A stretch of DNA of 64,000 bases from Armatimonadota bacterium (GCA_037444405.1 JBBIML010000015.1:30303-94302), one strand, 5' to 3'; numbered from the stretch's first letter, positions 53,321 to 62,252 are shown. Notes: generated by a model from the letters alone, not told the origin. Numbers and translations: made by a program.

Positions 53321-55062
53321 CGCTGCTGCCCCTGCTGGGCTTCCTGCTGTTTTTGCTGGGCTGGCTGTTGTTTCTGCTGGGTCTCCTGTTGCTTTTGCTG
53401 AGCTTGCTGTTGTTTCTGCTGGGCTTCCTGCTGCTTGCGGAACGCCTCCATCTGGCGGCGGATGGCTTCCTCCTGCGCTTTGCGCATCTCGTCGAACTGC
53501 TTCTTGCGCTCGCCCGCCAGCTGGTTCGTTTGCTGGGCGAGGTCGATGCGCCCCGCCTTCTTATAGATATCGGCGATGCGATAGAGCGTATCGAAGGCGT
53601 CAGGTCGCCAAGCGAGCCGTTGTGCAATCTCCAGATCGTCAATTGCCTGCGCCTTCTGACCCAGCTCGATCAGCAGTTCCGCCCGCATCATACGCAGGGA
53701 GACATCTTCACCGCCATCAGAGAAGAAGCCGTTCAGTGCAGTCAGCAGGCGCTCGGTGTAGAGTTTGGCTTTCTGTTCGTCCGTTTTCTTCGCCAGCCCA
53801 CGCAGGCTCGCCAGCACCTGGATGTGGAGCCACTGTGCCATGCGGGTGGTCGGCGTCGCGCTGGCGACCAGCGGGATGAGCGCTTTGTCGATCTGTTCCA
53901 GCTCTTTCAGCTGTTCATCGGGACGCTTGACCCGTACACCCAGCCATTTCTCGTATTGCTGAAGGAGCGGGTCTTTGATCTGGGGTTTGAACGCCTGCAT
54001 CGCCTGCGTGTAGGCGCGTCCCCGCTCCATCTGCACACGCCCGGCGATGAACTGATCCCGATACTTCGCCTTCTCTTTCTCGAAGTCGGCGGGCAGTTCC
54101 AGCTGGCGTTTCGTGAGGGTGAAGATATAGTAGCCGCGGTTCTCTTTATCGCGCAGGGGTGGGGTGAAGGCGCCGGGCTTGAGCGCCAGCACGCCGCTCA
54201 CATCTTCAGGACGCAGGATCGTGTTCAGCTGGTCCTGAATGCTGTAGTAGTCGCTGCCAGGGATGGAGCCGCCGCGCTCAATGATGAAGCTCGGATCGTC
54301 GGAATAGAGTCGAACGACCTCTGCGAACGGCTTGCCCGCCTTAAGTTGATTATAAGCCTCCTGGGCGCGCGCCTGTGCTTTCTCCTTGTGCTTCTCCTGC
54401 GAGACGAAGATGCGCGACAGAAAGATGTTCTCGAACATCAGGCGCAGCTGCTCGTCGGTCGGGTTATACTTCTCGCGCAGGCTCTTTGTGTATTTAGCCT
54501 GAGTCGCCTCGATGCGGAACATGATTTCGGGCACGCGGGCGAGCGTCTCTTCTTCGAAGCGCTTAAGCGAGGAGCCACGCTCCTTGAGGGCGCGGTCCAG
54601 GTCGCGGTCGGAGCCTTTGCCGTTGGGCAGCAGTTGCGAGCGCAGAATATCCCGTTGCTCTTTGAGAAACTGCTGTTTGGTGGCTTCCACCTCGTCGTCG
54701 GAGGCACGAAAGCCCAGCTTCTCCAGGTGCGCCACGAACGCGAGCTGATTGCCCAGCAAAGTGAGCATGCTATAGCGCTGGTTGAGCTGGGCAGCAATCG
54801 TGTCAGGTTCCCGACCCTGCTGTATAAATTGAATATATTGCTCCAGCTCGCCTTCGGTGACTTTGTAGTCGCCCACCTGCAGCACCACCTGACCACCCGT
54901 GGCTGTTCCGCCCCGCTGGGCGCCGCTCAACCCCATCGGGGGAATGTAGGCGAAGAAGACCACCATACTGAGCGCGACCAGCCCGGCAACCGCGAAGCCA
55001 ATTGCACGCAGCGCTTTGTTTCTCAACAGGTTCCGAAAGGTTCGTATCGAGATTCCCGACAT
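53317..55062 (-). CDS. membrane-anchored PpiD/SurA-like chaperone with a parvulin-like domain, TPR-like region and Q/K-rich repeat tail
   Basis: N-terminal anchor AIGFAVAGLVALSMVVFFAY. Parvulin-like LKAGKPFAEVVRLYSDDPSFIIERGGSIPG. The antisense 605-aa ORF is leucine-repeat junk. Confidence 0.7.
   Translation of the reverse strand: MSGISIRTFRNLLRNKALRAIGFAVAGLVALSMVVFFAYIPPMGLSGAQRGGTATGGQVVLQVGDYKVTEGELEQYIQFIQQGREPDTIAAQLNQRYSMLTLLGNQLAFVAHLEKLGFRASDDEVEATKQQFLKEQRDILRSQLLPNGKGSDRDLDRALKERGSSLKRFEEETLARVPEIMFRIEATQAKYTKSLREKYNPTDEQLRLMFENIFLSRIFVSQEKHKEKAQARAQEAYNQLKAGKPFAEVVRLYSDDPSFIIERGGSIPGSDYYSIQDQLNTILRPEDVSGVLALKPGAFTPPLRDKENRGYYIFTLTKRQLELPADFEKEKAKYRDQFIAGRVQMERGRAYTQAMQAFKPQIKDPLLQQYEKWLGVRVKRPDEQLKELEQIDKALIPLVASATPTTRMAQWLHIQVLASLRGLAKKTDEQKAKLYTERLLTALNGFFSDGGEDVSLRMMRAELLIELGQKAQAIDDLEIAQRLAWRPDAFDTLYRIADIYKKAGRIDLAQQTNQLAGERKKQFDEMRKAQEEAIRRQMEAFRKQQEAQQKQQQAQQKQQETQQKQQPAQQKQQEAQQGQQR
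53323..53427 (-). repeat. 21-nt tandem repeat x5 encoding (QQKQQxA)-type heptads at the 3' end of the PpiD/SurA-like gene
   Basis: The protein tail reads EAQQKQQ QAQQKQQ ETQQKQQ PAQQKQQ EAQQGQQ R. The nucleotide periodicity is visible as ctgctg(g/t)...ttgctg. Confidence 0.85.
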
Positions 55063-55072
55063 AGCAACCTCC

Positions 55073-55909
55073 TTAGCGTATTATTTCTTCTTGAAGCGTT
55101 TGCAGGCAGCGGCGGGCGACCTCTGCCTGGCTCCAGCCCTCGATGCGGGCATGGGTTTCCAGCGCGATAAAGCCGTTGTAGCCGCTCCGGGCGATTTGCT
55201 GCAAGTGCTGCTGATAGCCGATTTCGCCCTCGCCTATCGGCACCCAGCGTATGCTACCATCCGGCTCGCGTATGCCGTCTTTCACATGGATATGCGCCAC
55301 CCATGGCTGGATGGCAGCATAGCCGTCGGCTGCCGATTCGCCCAGAACGAAGGCGTTGCCGGGGTCCCACACCGCTTTGAGCCAGTTCGACGGGAGCTTC
55401 TGCAAGATACGCGCCAGTTCGGTGCCGGTGCCGACCTGGCAGCTATGCTCGTTCTCCAGTCCCAGCACGACGCCCGCGCGTTCAGCCAGCGGCAGCGCCC
55501 GCTCCAGCACCGCGACGATGCGCGCTTCGCGTTCAGGCGTCAACTCGCCCGCCCGCCAGAAGGCGAAGATGCGCACCAGCGGCGCCTCGAAACGATTCGC
55601 AATCTGCAGGCAGCGCTCCAGCAACCTGAAATGCTCTTCAAGGGGCAAATCGGACGCGCCGTGCAAAGCACCACGCTCCCCTGTGCCAAACAGGTCAGTC
55701 TTGAACACGGGTGAGGCGATGGAGCAGACGCCCAGCCCTGCCTGGCACAGCAGTCGCGCAGCCCGTTCCAGCGTTGCACCGTCCGCCTGAGCGATGTTGA
55801 CGCCCCAGAGCGTGCGCAGCTCCACCCGCTCGATCGGGAACGCCTGAACCACCTCCAGCGCACGCTCCAGGTCGGTATCGATTTCGTCGGTGATGACCGA
55901 AAGTTTCAT
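55073..55909 (-). CDS. sugar phosphate isomerase/epimerase (xylose isomerase-like TIM barrel)
   Basis: 278 aa. MKLSVITDEI...VELR, GLENEH, HIHVKD, ALETH metal-ligand-like pattern. Confidence 0.75.
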   Translation of the reverse strand: MKLSVITDEIDTDLERALEVVQAFPIERVELRTLWGVNIAQADGATLERAARLLCQAGLGVCSIASPVFKTDLFGTGERGALHGASDLPLEEHFRLLERCLQIANRFEAPLVRIFAFWRAGELTPEREARIVAVLERALPLAERAGVVLGLENEHSCQVGTGTELARILQKLPSNWLKAVWDPGNAFVLGESAADGYAAIQPWVAHIHVKDGIREPDGSIRWVPIGEGEIGYQQHLQQIARSGYNGFIALETHARIEGWSQAEVARRCLQTLQEEIIR

Positions 55910-56499
55910 CGTTCAGGATTTTGCTGAATAGTGTGCGCGATGATAATCGCTTCGGCGATTTCGCGCATGCTTTTGCGTGTGTTCATGCTCTGCACCTGGA
56001 TGCGCCGATAGGCTTCCTGCTCGCGCAGCCCGTAAGTGTCCATCAGGATGCCTTTGGCGCGTTCGATCAGTTTGCGGGTTTCGAGCGTCTCTTTGAGGTC
56101 CTGCACCTGATGCTCCAGTTCGAGTGTGTCGCGGTAGCGGGAGAGGGCGATTTCGATAGCGGGCGTGAGGTCTGCCTGTTTGAAGGGCTTGACGAGGTAG
56201 CCGTAGACGCCTGCCTGCTTCGCCCGCTGAATGAGGTCGCTATCGCTGTAGGCGGTCAGCAGCAGTACGGGCGCGAGCTTCTCCTCGTGCAGGATGCGCG
56301 CCGCCTCGATGCCGTCCATCTCCGGCATCTTGATATCAAGAATCGCCAGATCAGGCTTGAACTTGCGCACCATCTCCACGGACTGCGTGCCCGTGCTGGC
56401 TTCGGCAACGACCGAGTAGCCCAGCTCTTCCAGCATCTGGCGCAGGTCGAGCAGGATAATCGGCTCGTCGTCCGCAATCACAATCCGCAATCTCCGCAT
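55906..56499 (-). CDS. response regulator with a C-terminal ANTAR RNA-binding domain
   Basis: Receiver: RIVIADDEPIILLDL...DLAILDIKMPEMDG...LLTAY...YLVKP. ANTAR: LETRKLIERAKGILMDTYGLREQEAYRRIQVQSMNTRKSMREIAEAII. Start at ATG 56499 after GGGAG. Confidence 0.88.
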   Translation of the reverse strand: MRRLRIVIADDEPIILLDLRQMLEELGYSVVAEASTGTQSVEMVRKFKPDLAILDIKMPEMDGIEAARILHEEKLAPVLLLTAYSDSDLIQRAKQAGVYGYLVKPFKQADLTPAIEIALSRYRDTLELEHQVQDLKETLETRKLIERAKGILMDTYGLREQEAYRRIQVQSMNTRKSMREIAEAIIIAHTIQQNPER

Positions 56500-56657
56500 C
56501 CACATCATCTCCCACGAAAAGTATACCCCATCCCACCAGGGTGGGCTACAATCTGGCTCGCCTTCCAGATAATGAGCATCCCTCTTATGTGGCGCTCGCG
56601 GTACACTTCGTCGATGCGATAGAGGGTGATTTTCGTATGCAAGTCGAGCCATCGCAG

Positions 56658-56696
56658 GGTGAGGCGCAGGGGGATCGCTTCCCACAATCCCCCTGC
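56658..56696 (+). repeat. GGTGAGG motif plus 10-bp hairpin GCAGGGGGAT/ATCCCCCTGC just downstream of the (-) lipoprotein gene
   Basis: Stem arms at 56666-56675 and 56687-56696. No T-run on either strand. Same layout as 6495 and 23735. Confidence 0.35.
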
Positions 56697-56702
56697 CGTT
56701 GG

Positions 56703-57647
56703 TCAGTTGGGTCTGATCTCGCTCGATTGGGTCCTGGTTTCGCCAGTTGCATTTGCTTTCTGGCGGGTGGCGTTCAGGGTGAGAGTCAGCTGGCTGCTCT
56801 CACGCTCGTAGTCTTTGACCTCCGAGCCATCCTTCTTGATGGGTTCGCTGGTCTGATTGAGCGAGGCGTTGAGCGTCATCTTTTGCAGAACGCCATCGTC
56901 GGGGTGGAGCCAGGCTGTGCCTGTGCCTTTGACCTCGCCGCGCGTGATTCGCACCGCCTGCTCCTTATCGCTCACAGTCTGGTAAAAGGCGTCCTGATAG
57001 AGTTCGATGGGCTGGTCGAAGCTTTCAGTGATTTTGAGCAATTTGACGCCATCCACTTCCTCGAACCCCTCAAAGCGGGCGGTGATGGGGATGCGCAGGG
57101 CGTTATTACCCTCCCCAAAAGTACGGGTGAACTGCCATGTGGCGCCAGTGGTGAGCGCGCCGTCGGGCAGTTCGATGGGGAACAGCAGGGTTGCCAGATT
57201 ACGCGGGTCAAAGCCTGGCAGGGGCGCGCCCATCAGCCCACCGCCCTGCAGACCGCTCAGCTTACCGTGTGGCGATACAGTGGCGGTGCTGTCGGGAATG
57301 AGGCTCTTTGCCATTTCGAGACTCACGGGGAAGGGCGAGCCGTTGAACTCCGCGCTGAAAGCATCCAGCGAGGTCAGTATTGTCGCCTGCTGGTCTTCCA
57401 CTCTGGTAACTTTCATGGAGATACCAAGCGTCATTTTGGCGATGCCGGCGGCACCCGCAGCGCCAGGAATCGGCAGACTGCCGTTCAGCTCCACGAGAAC
57501 CTGATAGCGCTCCTGCAAGTCGGGGCGGAATTTGTACTGGAAACTGGTCGCTGAACTGGATGGCGCGGTCGCTGGGGCTTGTTGCGCCAGACAGCCAGTT
57601 GCTAATAGCCAGCCGAATAGTATCGTGCCAATCACTCGTGTCTTCAT
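56703..57647 (-). CDS. lipoprotein of unknown function
   Basis: Start at ATG 57647 after AGGAGGGAAAGG. Lipobox MKTRVIGTILFGWLLATGC. No recognised domain. Confidence 0.6.
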   Translation of the reverse strand: MKTRVIGTILFGWLLATGCLAQQAPATAPSSSATSFQYKFRPDLQERYQVLVELNGSLPIPGAAGAAGIAKMTLGISMKVTRVEDQQATILTSLDAFSAEFNGSPFPVSLEMAKSLIPDSTATVSPHGKLSGLQGGGLMGAPLPGFDPRNLATLLFPIELPDGALTTGATWQFTRTFGEGNNALRIPITARFEGFEEVDGVKLLKITESFDQPIELYQDAFYQTVSDKEQAVRITRGEVKGTGTAWLHPDDGVLQKMTLNASLNQTSEPIKKDGSEVKDYERESSQLTLTLNATRQKANATGETRTQSSEIRPN

Positions 57648-57677
57648 CGCCTTTCCCTCCTGTTGCACCGCCAGAGA

Positions 57678-58673
57678 TTATACCTGCGGGGTGTGCAGGT
57701 CTTCGATTCGAATAACGGTGGCTAACTGGGGCGGTTCGGTGGCGGTCTGGAGAGGGGTGCCCGGTGCGATATAGGTGTTGCGCACGAAGCCCCAGCCCAG
57801 AATGGCGTTCCCCAGCGCGGGCGAGCGCACAGCGCCTGTGAGCCAGCCTGCGTCGGGTCGGTCCGGCGCAGTGAGCGAGGTGCCGCGCGGCGGGATTGCC
57901 TCGCCCTCGAGGCGCAACGGCACCCATGTGCGGTTGGTGTGCCCCCGCGCCTTAATGCGCATCAGCACCTCCTGACCTGTGTAGCAGCCTTTGGTGTAAG
58001 AAATGTATTTCGCCTCAAACGCCGCGCCCATCTCGGCAGCGAGGGTGCGTTCGTCCATATCGACGCCATAGAGCGGGATGCCTGCCTCGTAGCGCAGCAC
58101 CTCATAGAGTTCGGGCGAGATGGGTAATGCGCCTGTTGCGACGAGGGCGGTCTTCAGCTCCTCGTGCGCTTCGAAGGGCAGCCACAGGTCATAGCCGCCC
58201 CAGCGGGTGCGTTGACAGCGCACAATGCGCACTTCGACCGATTGCCAGAGCCGATTCTGGTGGCGCAGTTCGCCTTCGGGCGGCGGCTCCAGCCCCAGCT
58301 CCTCCAGCACCTCTGACGCCTGCCCGCCTTGAAGGCTAATCACACCCAGCCCCTCCTGCAACGGGATCAGCTCCACATCATCCAGAATAATCAGCCCGCT
58401 GAGCCGTTCCAGCATTGAGCCGAAGGTGAGGGGTGGAAGCATCAGCAGGTAGCCCTCACCGTCGTCCAGCACATAGGCATCGGAGAGCAGGTGTCCTGTG
58501 GGCGTGCAGAAGGCGGTGTAGGTGCCCGTGCCTTTCTGGAGCGGGCGCAGGTCGTTGGTCGTCTGCGCCTGCAGGAACCGCTGACGGTCGCTGCCCACCA
58601 CCTGCACCAGCCCCCAATCGCTCAGGTCGAGCCAGCCCGCATAGTCCCGCACCTGCTCGTAGGTGGCGTTCAT
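57678..58673 (-). CDS. ygfZ: folate-binding YgfZ/GcvT-family protein
   Basis: KGCYTGQEVLMRIKARG signature and a GcvT-like N-terminal domain. 331 aa. Confidence 0.8.
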   Translation of the reverse strand: MNATYEQVRDYAGWLDLSDWGLVQVVGSDRQRFLQAQTTNDLRPLQKGTGTYTAFCTPTGHLLSDAYVLDDGEGYLLMLPPLTFGSMLERLSGLIILDDVELIPLQEGLGVISLQGGQASEVLEELGLEPPPEGELRHQNRLWQSVEVRIVRCQRTRWGGYDLWLPFEAHEELKTALVATGALPISPELYEVLRYEAGIPLYGVDMDERTLAAEMGAAFEAKYISYTKGCYTGQEVLMRIKARGHTNRTWVPLRLEGEAIPPRGTSLTAPDRPDAGWLTGAVRSPALGNAILGWGFVRNTYIAPGTPLQTATEPPQLATVIRIEDLHTPQV

Positions 58674-58692
58674 CCGGACAGTTGTACCCGAT

Positions 58693-59991
58693 TTAGATCA
58701 CGGGCACGGGTCGGAACGCCTTGCCCAGCACCTTTTCGGGGTCGCCGCCGAGCCACTCCAGCACGGTGGCGTACACGCTGCGGAAGTCGGTCTGCATGCG
58801 GATGTCGCCGTTATTGTCCAGCTCGCGCAGGTTGGGCGGCTCGCCATACAGCCCGCCTTTGACCTGCTTGCCGATGAGGAACATGGGAGCGGCGGCGCCG
58901 TGGTCGGTGCCCGCACTGCCGTTCTCGCGCACGCGCCGTCCGAACTCCGAGAAGACCATCAGCAGCACCTTATCCGCCTTGCCCTGCCCTTCCAGGTCCT
59001 GATAGAAGGCGCGCACGGCGTTGCCGAACCGCTGGAGCAGCTGCTCGTGCGTGCGTGCCTGCGCCGCGTGCGTGTCGAAGCCGTTCACCGACACATAGAG
59101 GATGCGCGTTTGTGGCGAGGTGGTAATCAGCTGGGCTGCCTGCTTGAGACCCTGTCCGAACGGGTCGTTCGGATACTCCACCTGCGAGCGGTAGTTGTGC
59201 ACGGCTTCACGCAGTCGCTCGACGGCTTCCAGCGCGGTGCGCGTCGATTCGCGGATAAGGCGTGTGGCACTGGTGGGTCTGGCGTCCATCTGGGCAATCG
59301 CTTTCACGGTGCGCTCCAGATCGGGATCGCCCGTCATCAGCTGCAGGTCGCCCAGGCTGGCAAAGCATGGCACGGACACCCGCTTCGCCTGCAGCGCCAG
59401 CGGCAGCTCCTGGGTGAAGCTGACGGCAATCACAGGGTTGGCAGCGGCATCGGTGAGAGTGTCCAGGTAGCGTCCGAGCCAGCCGTAGCGACTGTAGCCA
59501 TCGGGATCGGCGGTCTGCCAGATCTCCATCGAGCGAAAGTGTGAGCGGTTCGGGTTCGGATAGCCCACACCCTGCAGGATGGCGACCACGCGCTGTTCAT
59601 AGAGCGCTTTGAGACCTTCCAGCGCGGGGTGCAGCCCGATGCGATCGGCAAGTGGCAGCACGCGCGAATCGGGGATTGCGAGCGTCGGGCGCGCCTGATA
59701 ATAGAGCGGGTCGGTGTAGGGGATGACGGTGTTCAACCCGTCGTTGCCGCCTGTAAGTTGCAGCACGACGAGGATGCGGTCGTTGGGCAGCTTTTTGCCC
59801 TTCACCAGCTGGGCGGCATCGGCGCGGGCGAGCTGCGCCAGCCAAGGTGGGGCAGCCAGCCCAACGGCGACCAGCGTGAAGCCCGCGCGCAGAAACTGCC
59901 GGCGCGACATCTCCGCCGCCCAGAAGTCGCCCGATGGGCGCTCGCACAGCGGGCACGGCTCCTCTAAAGGCTGATCCACTTTTGTCTCCAT
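58693..59991 (-). CDS. DUF1501 (sulfatase-like) protein with a Tat signal
   Basis: SRRQFLRAGFTLVAVGLAAP twin-arginine motif, LQLTGGNDGLNTVIPY, NGFDTHA, FSEFGRRVRENGSAGTDHG. ATG 59991 preferred over the track TTG at 60009. Confidence 0.85.
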   Translation of the reverse strand: METKVDQPLEEPCPLCERPSGDFWAAEMSRRQFLRAGFTLVAVGLAAPPWLAQLARADAAQLVKGKKLPNDRILVVLQLTGGNDGLNTVIPYTDPLYYQARPTLAIPDSRVLPLADRIGLHPALEGLKALYEQRVVAILQGVGYPNPNRSHFRSMEIWQTADPDGYSRYGWLGRYLDTLTDAAANPVIAVSFTQELPLALQAKRVSVPCFASLGDLQLMTGDPDLERTVKAIAQMDARPTSATRLIRESTRTALEAVERLREAVHNYRSQVEYPNDPFGQGLKQAAQLITTSPQTRILYVSVNGFDTHAAQARTHEQLLQRFGNAVRAFYQDLEGQGKADKVLLMVFSEFGRRVRENGSAGTDHGAAAPMFLIGKQVKGGLYGEPPNLRELDNNGDIRMQTDFRSVYATVLEWLGGDPEKVLGKAFRPVPVI

Positions 59992-60079
59992 CGGTCTCAC
60001 CTGCCACAATAGGGAGGCGCGCTTACTGGCGCGCCGCCAGTATGGCTTTTAGACGCCTGATTACTGGCTCGGTTCGATT

Positions 60080-60286
60080 CTAACGCCCGCCGACGCCTGG
60101 CAGCGGGGGTGGAGCCTGCTGCAGCTCGCTATCGGGCAGACGCATCTCGCCCTTCACTTCAGGATAGGCGTCGCGCGATATCTGCCCGGAGGCACGACCT
60201 CCTCCAGAGAAGTACCACGCCGTGCCGATTGCCAGCAGAGCCACCACGATAATAATCGCCCAGGCAACTGGTTTGGGAATTTCCAT
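60080..60286 (-). CDS. small single-pass membrane protein (68 aa)
   Basis: TM helix VAWAIIIVVALLAIGTAWYF. Starts 10 nt after the DUF1559 gene stop. No homology recognised. Confidence 0.4.
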   Translation of the reverse strand: MEIPKPVAWAIIIVVALLAIGTAWYFSGGGRASGQISRDAYPEVKGEMRLPDSELQQAPPPLPGVGGR

Positions 60287-60296
60287 CGGAGCCTCC

Positions 60297-61265
60297 TCAA
60301 TAGTAATCGTCCAGGTCCCACAGGTATTGCTGGGGATTGGTGATAGCCCCGCGGCACATCGACATCAGCTCGCAGCCCTGAGCCAGCTGGCGAGGCGTGT
60401 ACACTTTGGCATGCCCGTCGACAAAGGCGACCATCATCCGCTCGGAGCGATGCCACGGCCAGCAGCCGCCAAACTCCATCCAGGTGTACCAGCCGCGCGC
60501 GTTCTCCAGCATCCAGCAAGCGGGGAGCGGATTGCTGCAGCCCTGTCCGCGATACTGATACCATCCCCGCGCACGCCCACTGCTGCACTCCTCGCGAACT
60601 ATCGTGAAGGTGTCGATGCGGTTGCCGGCGGCGTCGTACCACCAGCGGCAGGGCGGCATCACAATCCAGTTGCCACCGCACTGGGGCTGGCGTGAGTTCG
60701 GATCGCGCCACCAGAGGCTGTCAACAAATAAAACGGTGCTGGCAGGATTTTTGATGCGAGCATCCGATGCGGGCACATTCGCCCAGCCGTTCGAGCTGGG
60801 ATAGCTGCCATTCATGATGGGCGACAGATAGACATAGTTGTAGCCGAGGTCGGTTTTGAGCGCCCAGCGATGTTCGCGCGCGCACTGGCGCTGCGGACGC
60901 GGTTCGCCATCGTAGGGGCAGGCATCCAGAATCTCATCCGTTGCCTGCGGATCCGATGGGCAACGAAACACGGTCCAGTCCTTGACATACGGCATCAGCA
61001 ACTGCGCCAGGATCCGATCCCGACACTCCGCCTCTTCGGGATCCCCGGCGAACGAAGCGAACCACTGGGTCAGCGGTTGCATGGTCTCGTAGTCACCCGA
61101 GTACGCCACAACCGCGCGAGCGACCTGATAGAAGCGACTGCCACAGTTAATCTGGCGTGCTGCTTCCCGCGCCTGCGCAAACACAGGAAACAGGATCGCC
61201 GCCAGAATTGCGATGATCGCGATAACAACCAGCAGCTCTATTAAGGTAAACCCTGTCCGTCGCAT
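60297..61265 (-). CDS. prepilin-type N-terminal cleavage/methylation domain protein of the DUF1559 (H-X9-DG-like) family
   Basis: [39 protein letters not shown]-terminal [19 protein letters not shown] (H-X10-DG here). Confidence 0.88.
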   Translation of the reverse strand: MRRTGFTLIELLVVIAIIAILAAILFPVFAQAREAARQINCGSRFYQVARAVVAYSGDYETMQPLTQWFASFAGDPEEAECRDRILAQLLMPYVKDWTVFRCPSDPQATDEILDACPYDGEPRPQRQCAREHRWALKTDLGYNYVYLSPIMNGSYPSSNGWANVPASDARIKNPASTVLFVDSLWWRDPNSRQPQCGGNWIVMPPCRWWYDAAGNRIDTFTIVREECSSGRARGWYQYRGQGCSNPLPACWMLENARGWYTWMEFGGCWPWHRSERMMVAFVDGHAKVYTPRQLAQGCELMSMCRGAITNPQQYLWDLDDYY

Positions 61266-61285
61266 ATGAGTTTCTCCTTACCGAT

Positions 61286-61291
61286 ATTATA
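61286..61291 (-). promoter_or_regulatory. -10 box TATAAT, with AAGGAG SD (61274-61279), upstream of the DUF1559 gene
   Basis: Minus strand reads cctgtagTATAATatcggtAAGGAGaaactcATG. Confidence 0.5.
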
Positions 61292-61335
61292 CTACAGGGA
61301 AGAGATTTTGCCTGCTATTGGAGCGAGGTAGTCAG

Positions 61336-62148
61336 CTATCCGAACCGCCCGCGAATGTAGTCTTCGGTCTCGCGCTTATCGGGCACGGTGAAGATTTTCT
61401 CGGTGGTGTTGAACTCGTGCAGAACGCCGTTCAGGAAGAAGCCTGTGTAGTCGGAGATTCGCGCCGCCTGCTGCATGCCGTGCGTAACAATCACAATCGT
61501 GTATTCCGATTTGAGTTCAGTCAGCAGCTCTTCGATATAGAAGGTGGCGGTCGGGTCCAGCGCGGAGGTCGGCTCATCCATCAAAATCACTTCGGGATTG
61601 ACCGCCAGCACGCGGGCGATGCAGAGTCGCTGCTGCTGTCCGCCCGAAAGCGCCAGCCCCGACTGGCGCAGCTTATCCTTGACCTCGTTCCACAGTGCAG
61701 CACGCTTGAGGCTCTGCTCCACAATCTCGTCCAGCACGCGCCGATCGCGAATGCCATGCATGCGCGGACCGTAGGCGACATTATCGTAGATGCTCATCGG
61801 GAATGGGTTCGGCTTCTGGAACACCATTCCCACCCGCTTGCGCAACTCCACCACATCCACATCAGGATCATAGATGTTCTTGCCGTCGAGAATCACCTCG
61901 CCCGTCACCCGCGCCCCTTCAATTAAATCGTTCATGCGGTTCAGACAGCGCAGGAAGGTGCTTTTGCCACAACCAGAGGGGCCAATCAAAGCGGTGATGC
62001 TGTTCGTTTTGATTTCGATATCCACATTTTTGAGCGCGTGGAAGTCGCCATAATAGACATTTAGTCCGCGCGTGAGGATGCGCGCGGGCGGCTCCGTTCG
62101 TCCCTCCTGCTCCATCGGCAACAGCTCCACACCAAACCGCTCCGCCAT
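61336..62148 (-). CDS. pstB: phosphate ABC transporter ATP-binding protein PstB (no pstS/C/A adjacent)
   Basis: [88 protein letters not shown]. Start at ATG 62148 is supported by promoter geometry. Confidence 0.92.
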   Translation of the reverse strand: MAERFGVELLPMEQEGRTEPPARILTRGLNVYYGDFHALKNVDIEIKTNSITALIGPSGCGKSTFLRCLNRMNDLIEGARVTGEVILDGKNIYDPDVDVVELRKRVGMVFQKPNPFPMSIYDNVAYGPRMHGIRDRRVLDEIVEQSLKRAALWNEVKDKLRQSGLALSGGQQQRLCIARVLAVNPEVILMDEPTSALDPTATFYIEELLTELKSEYTIVIVTHGMQQAARISDYTGFFLNGVLHEFNTTEKIFTVPDKRETEDYIRGRFG

Positions 62149-62156
62149 CCCAGAGA

Positions 62157-62162
62157 AAAATA
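62157..62162 (-). promoter_or_regulatory. -10-like TATTTT 8 nt upstream of the pstB ATG (leaderless candidate)
   Basis: Minus strand reads cgggTATTTTtctctgggATGgcg. Confidence 0.4.
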
Positions 62163-62170
62163 CCCGATTC

Positions 62171-62193
62171 GATGTTAAGGGGATGTTAAGGAG
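62171..62193 (-). promoter_or_regulatory. Pho-box-like direct repeat CTTAACATC x2 with 11-bp periodicity
   Basis: Minus strand reads CTCCTTAACATCCCCTTAACATC. TTAACA hexamers at 62184-62189 and 62173-62178, separated by 5 nt. The proximal repeat ends 10 nt from the -10 box. Confidence 0.5.
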
Positions 62194-62226
62194 CGGCGAT
62201 TGCGTCGTCGAATCCCGCCCGACTGG

Positions 62227-62234
62227 TGTATAAT
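62227..62234 (+). promoter_or_regulatory. extended -10 promoter TGTATAAT upstream of the S8 peptidase gene
   Basis: Reads ctggTGTATAATaggtcGGAGGtagaaccgATG. Confidence 0.5.
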
Positions 62235-62252
62235 AGGTCGGAGGTAGAACCG

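Noticed and set aside
53353-55170. 605-aa + strand ORF
   Set aside because: It is antisense to the PpiD/SurA-like gene. It begins with poly-Leu produced by the complement of the CAG/CAA repeat and has no domain signature.
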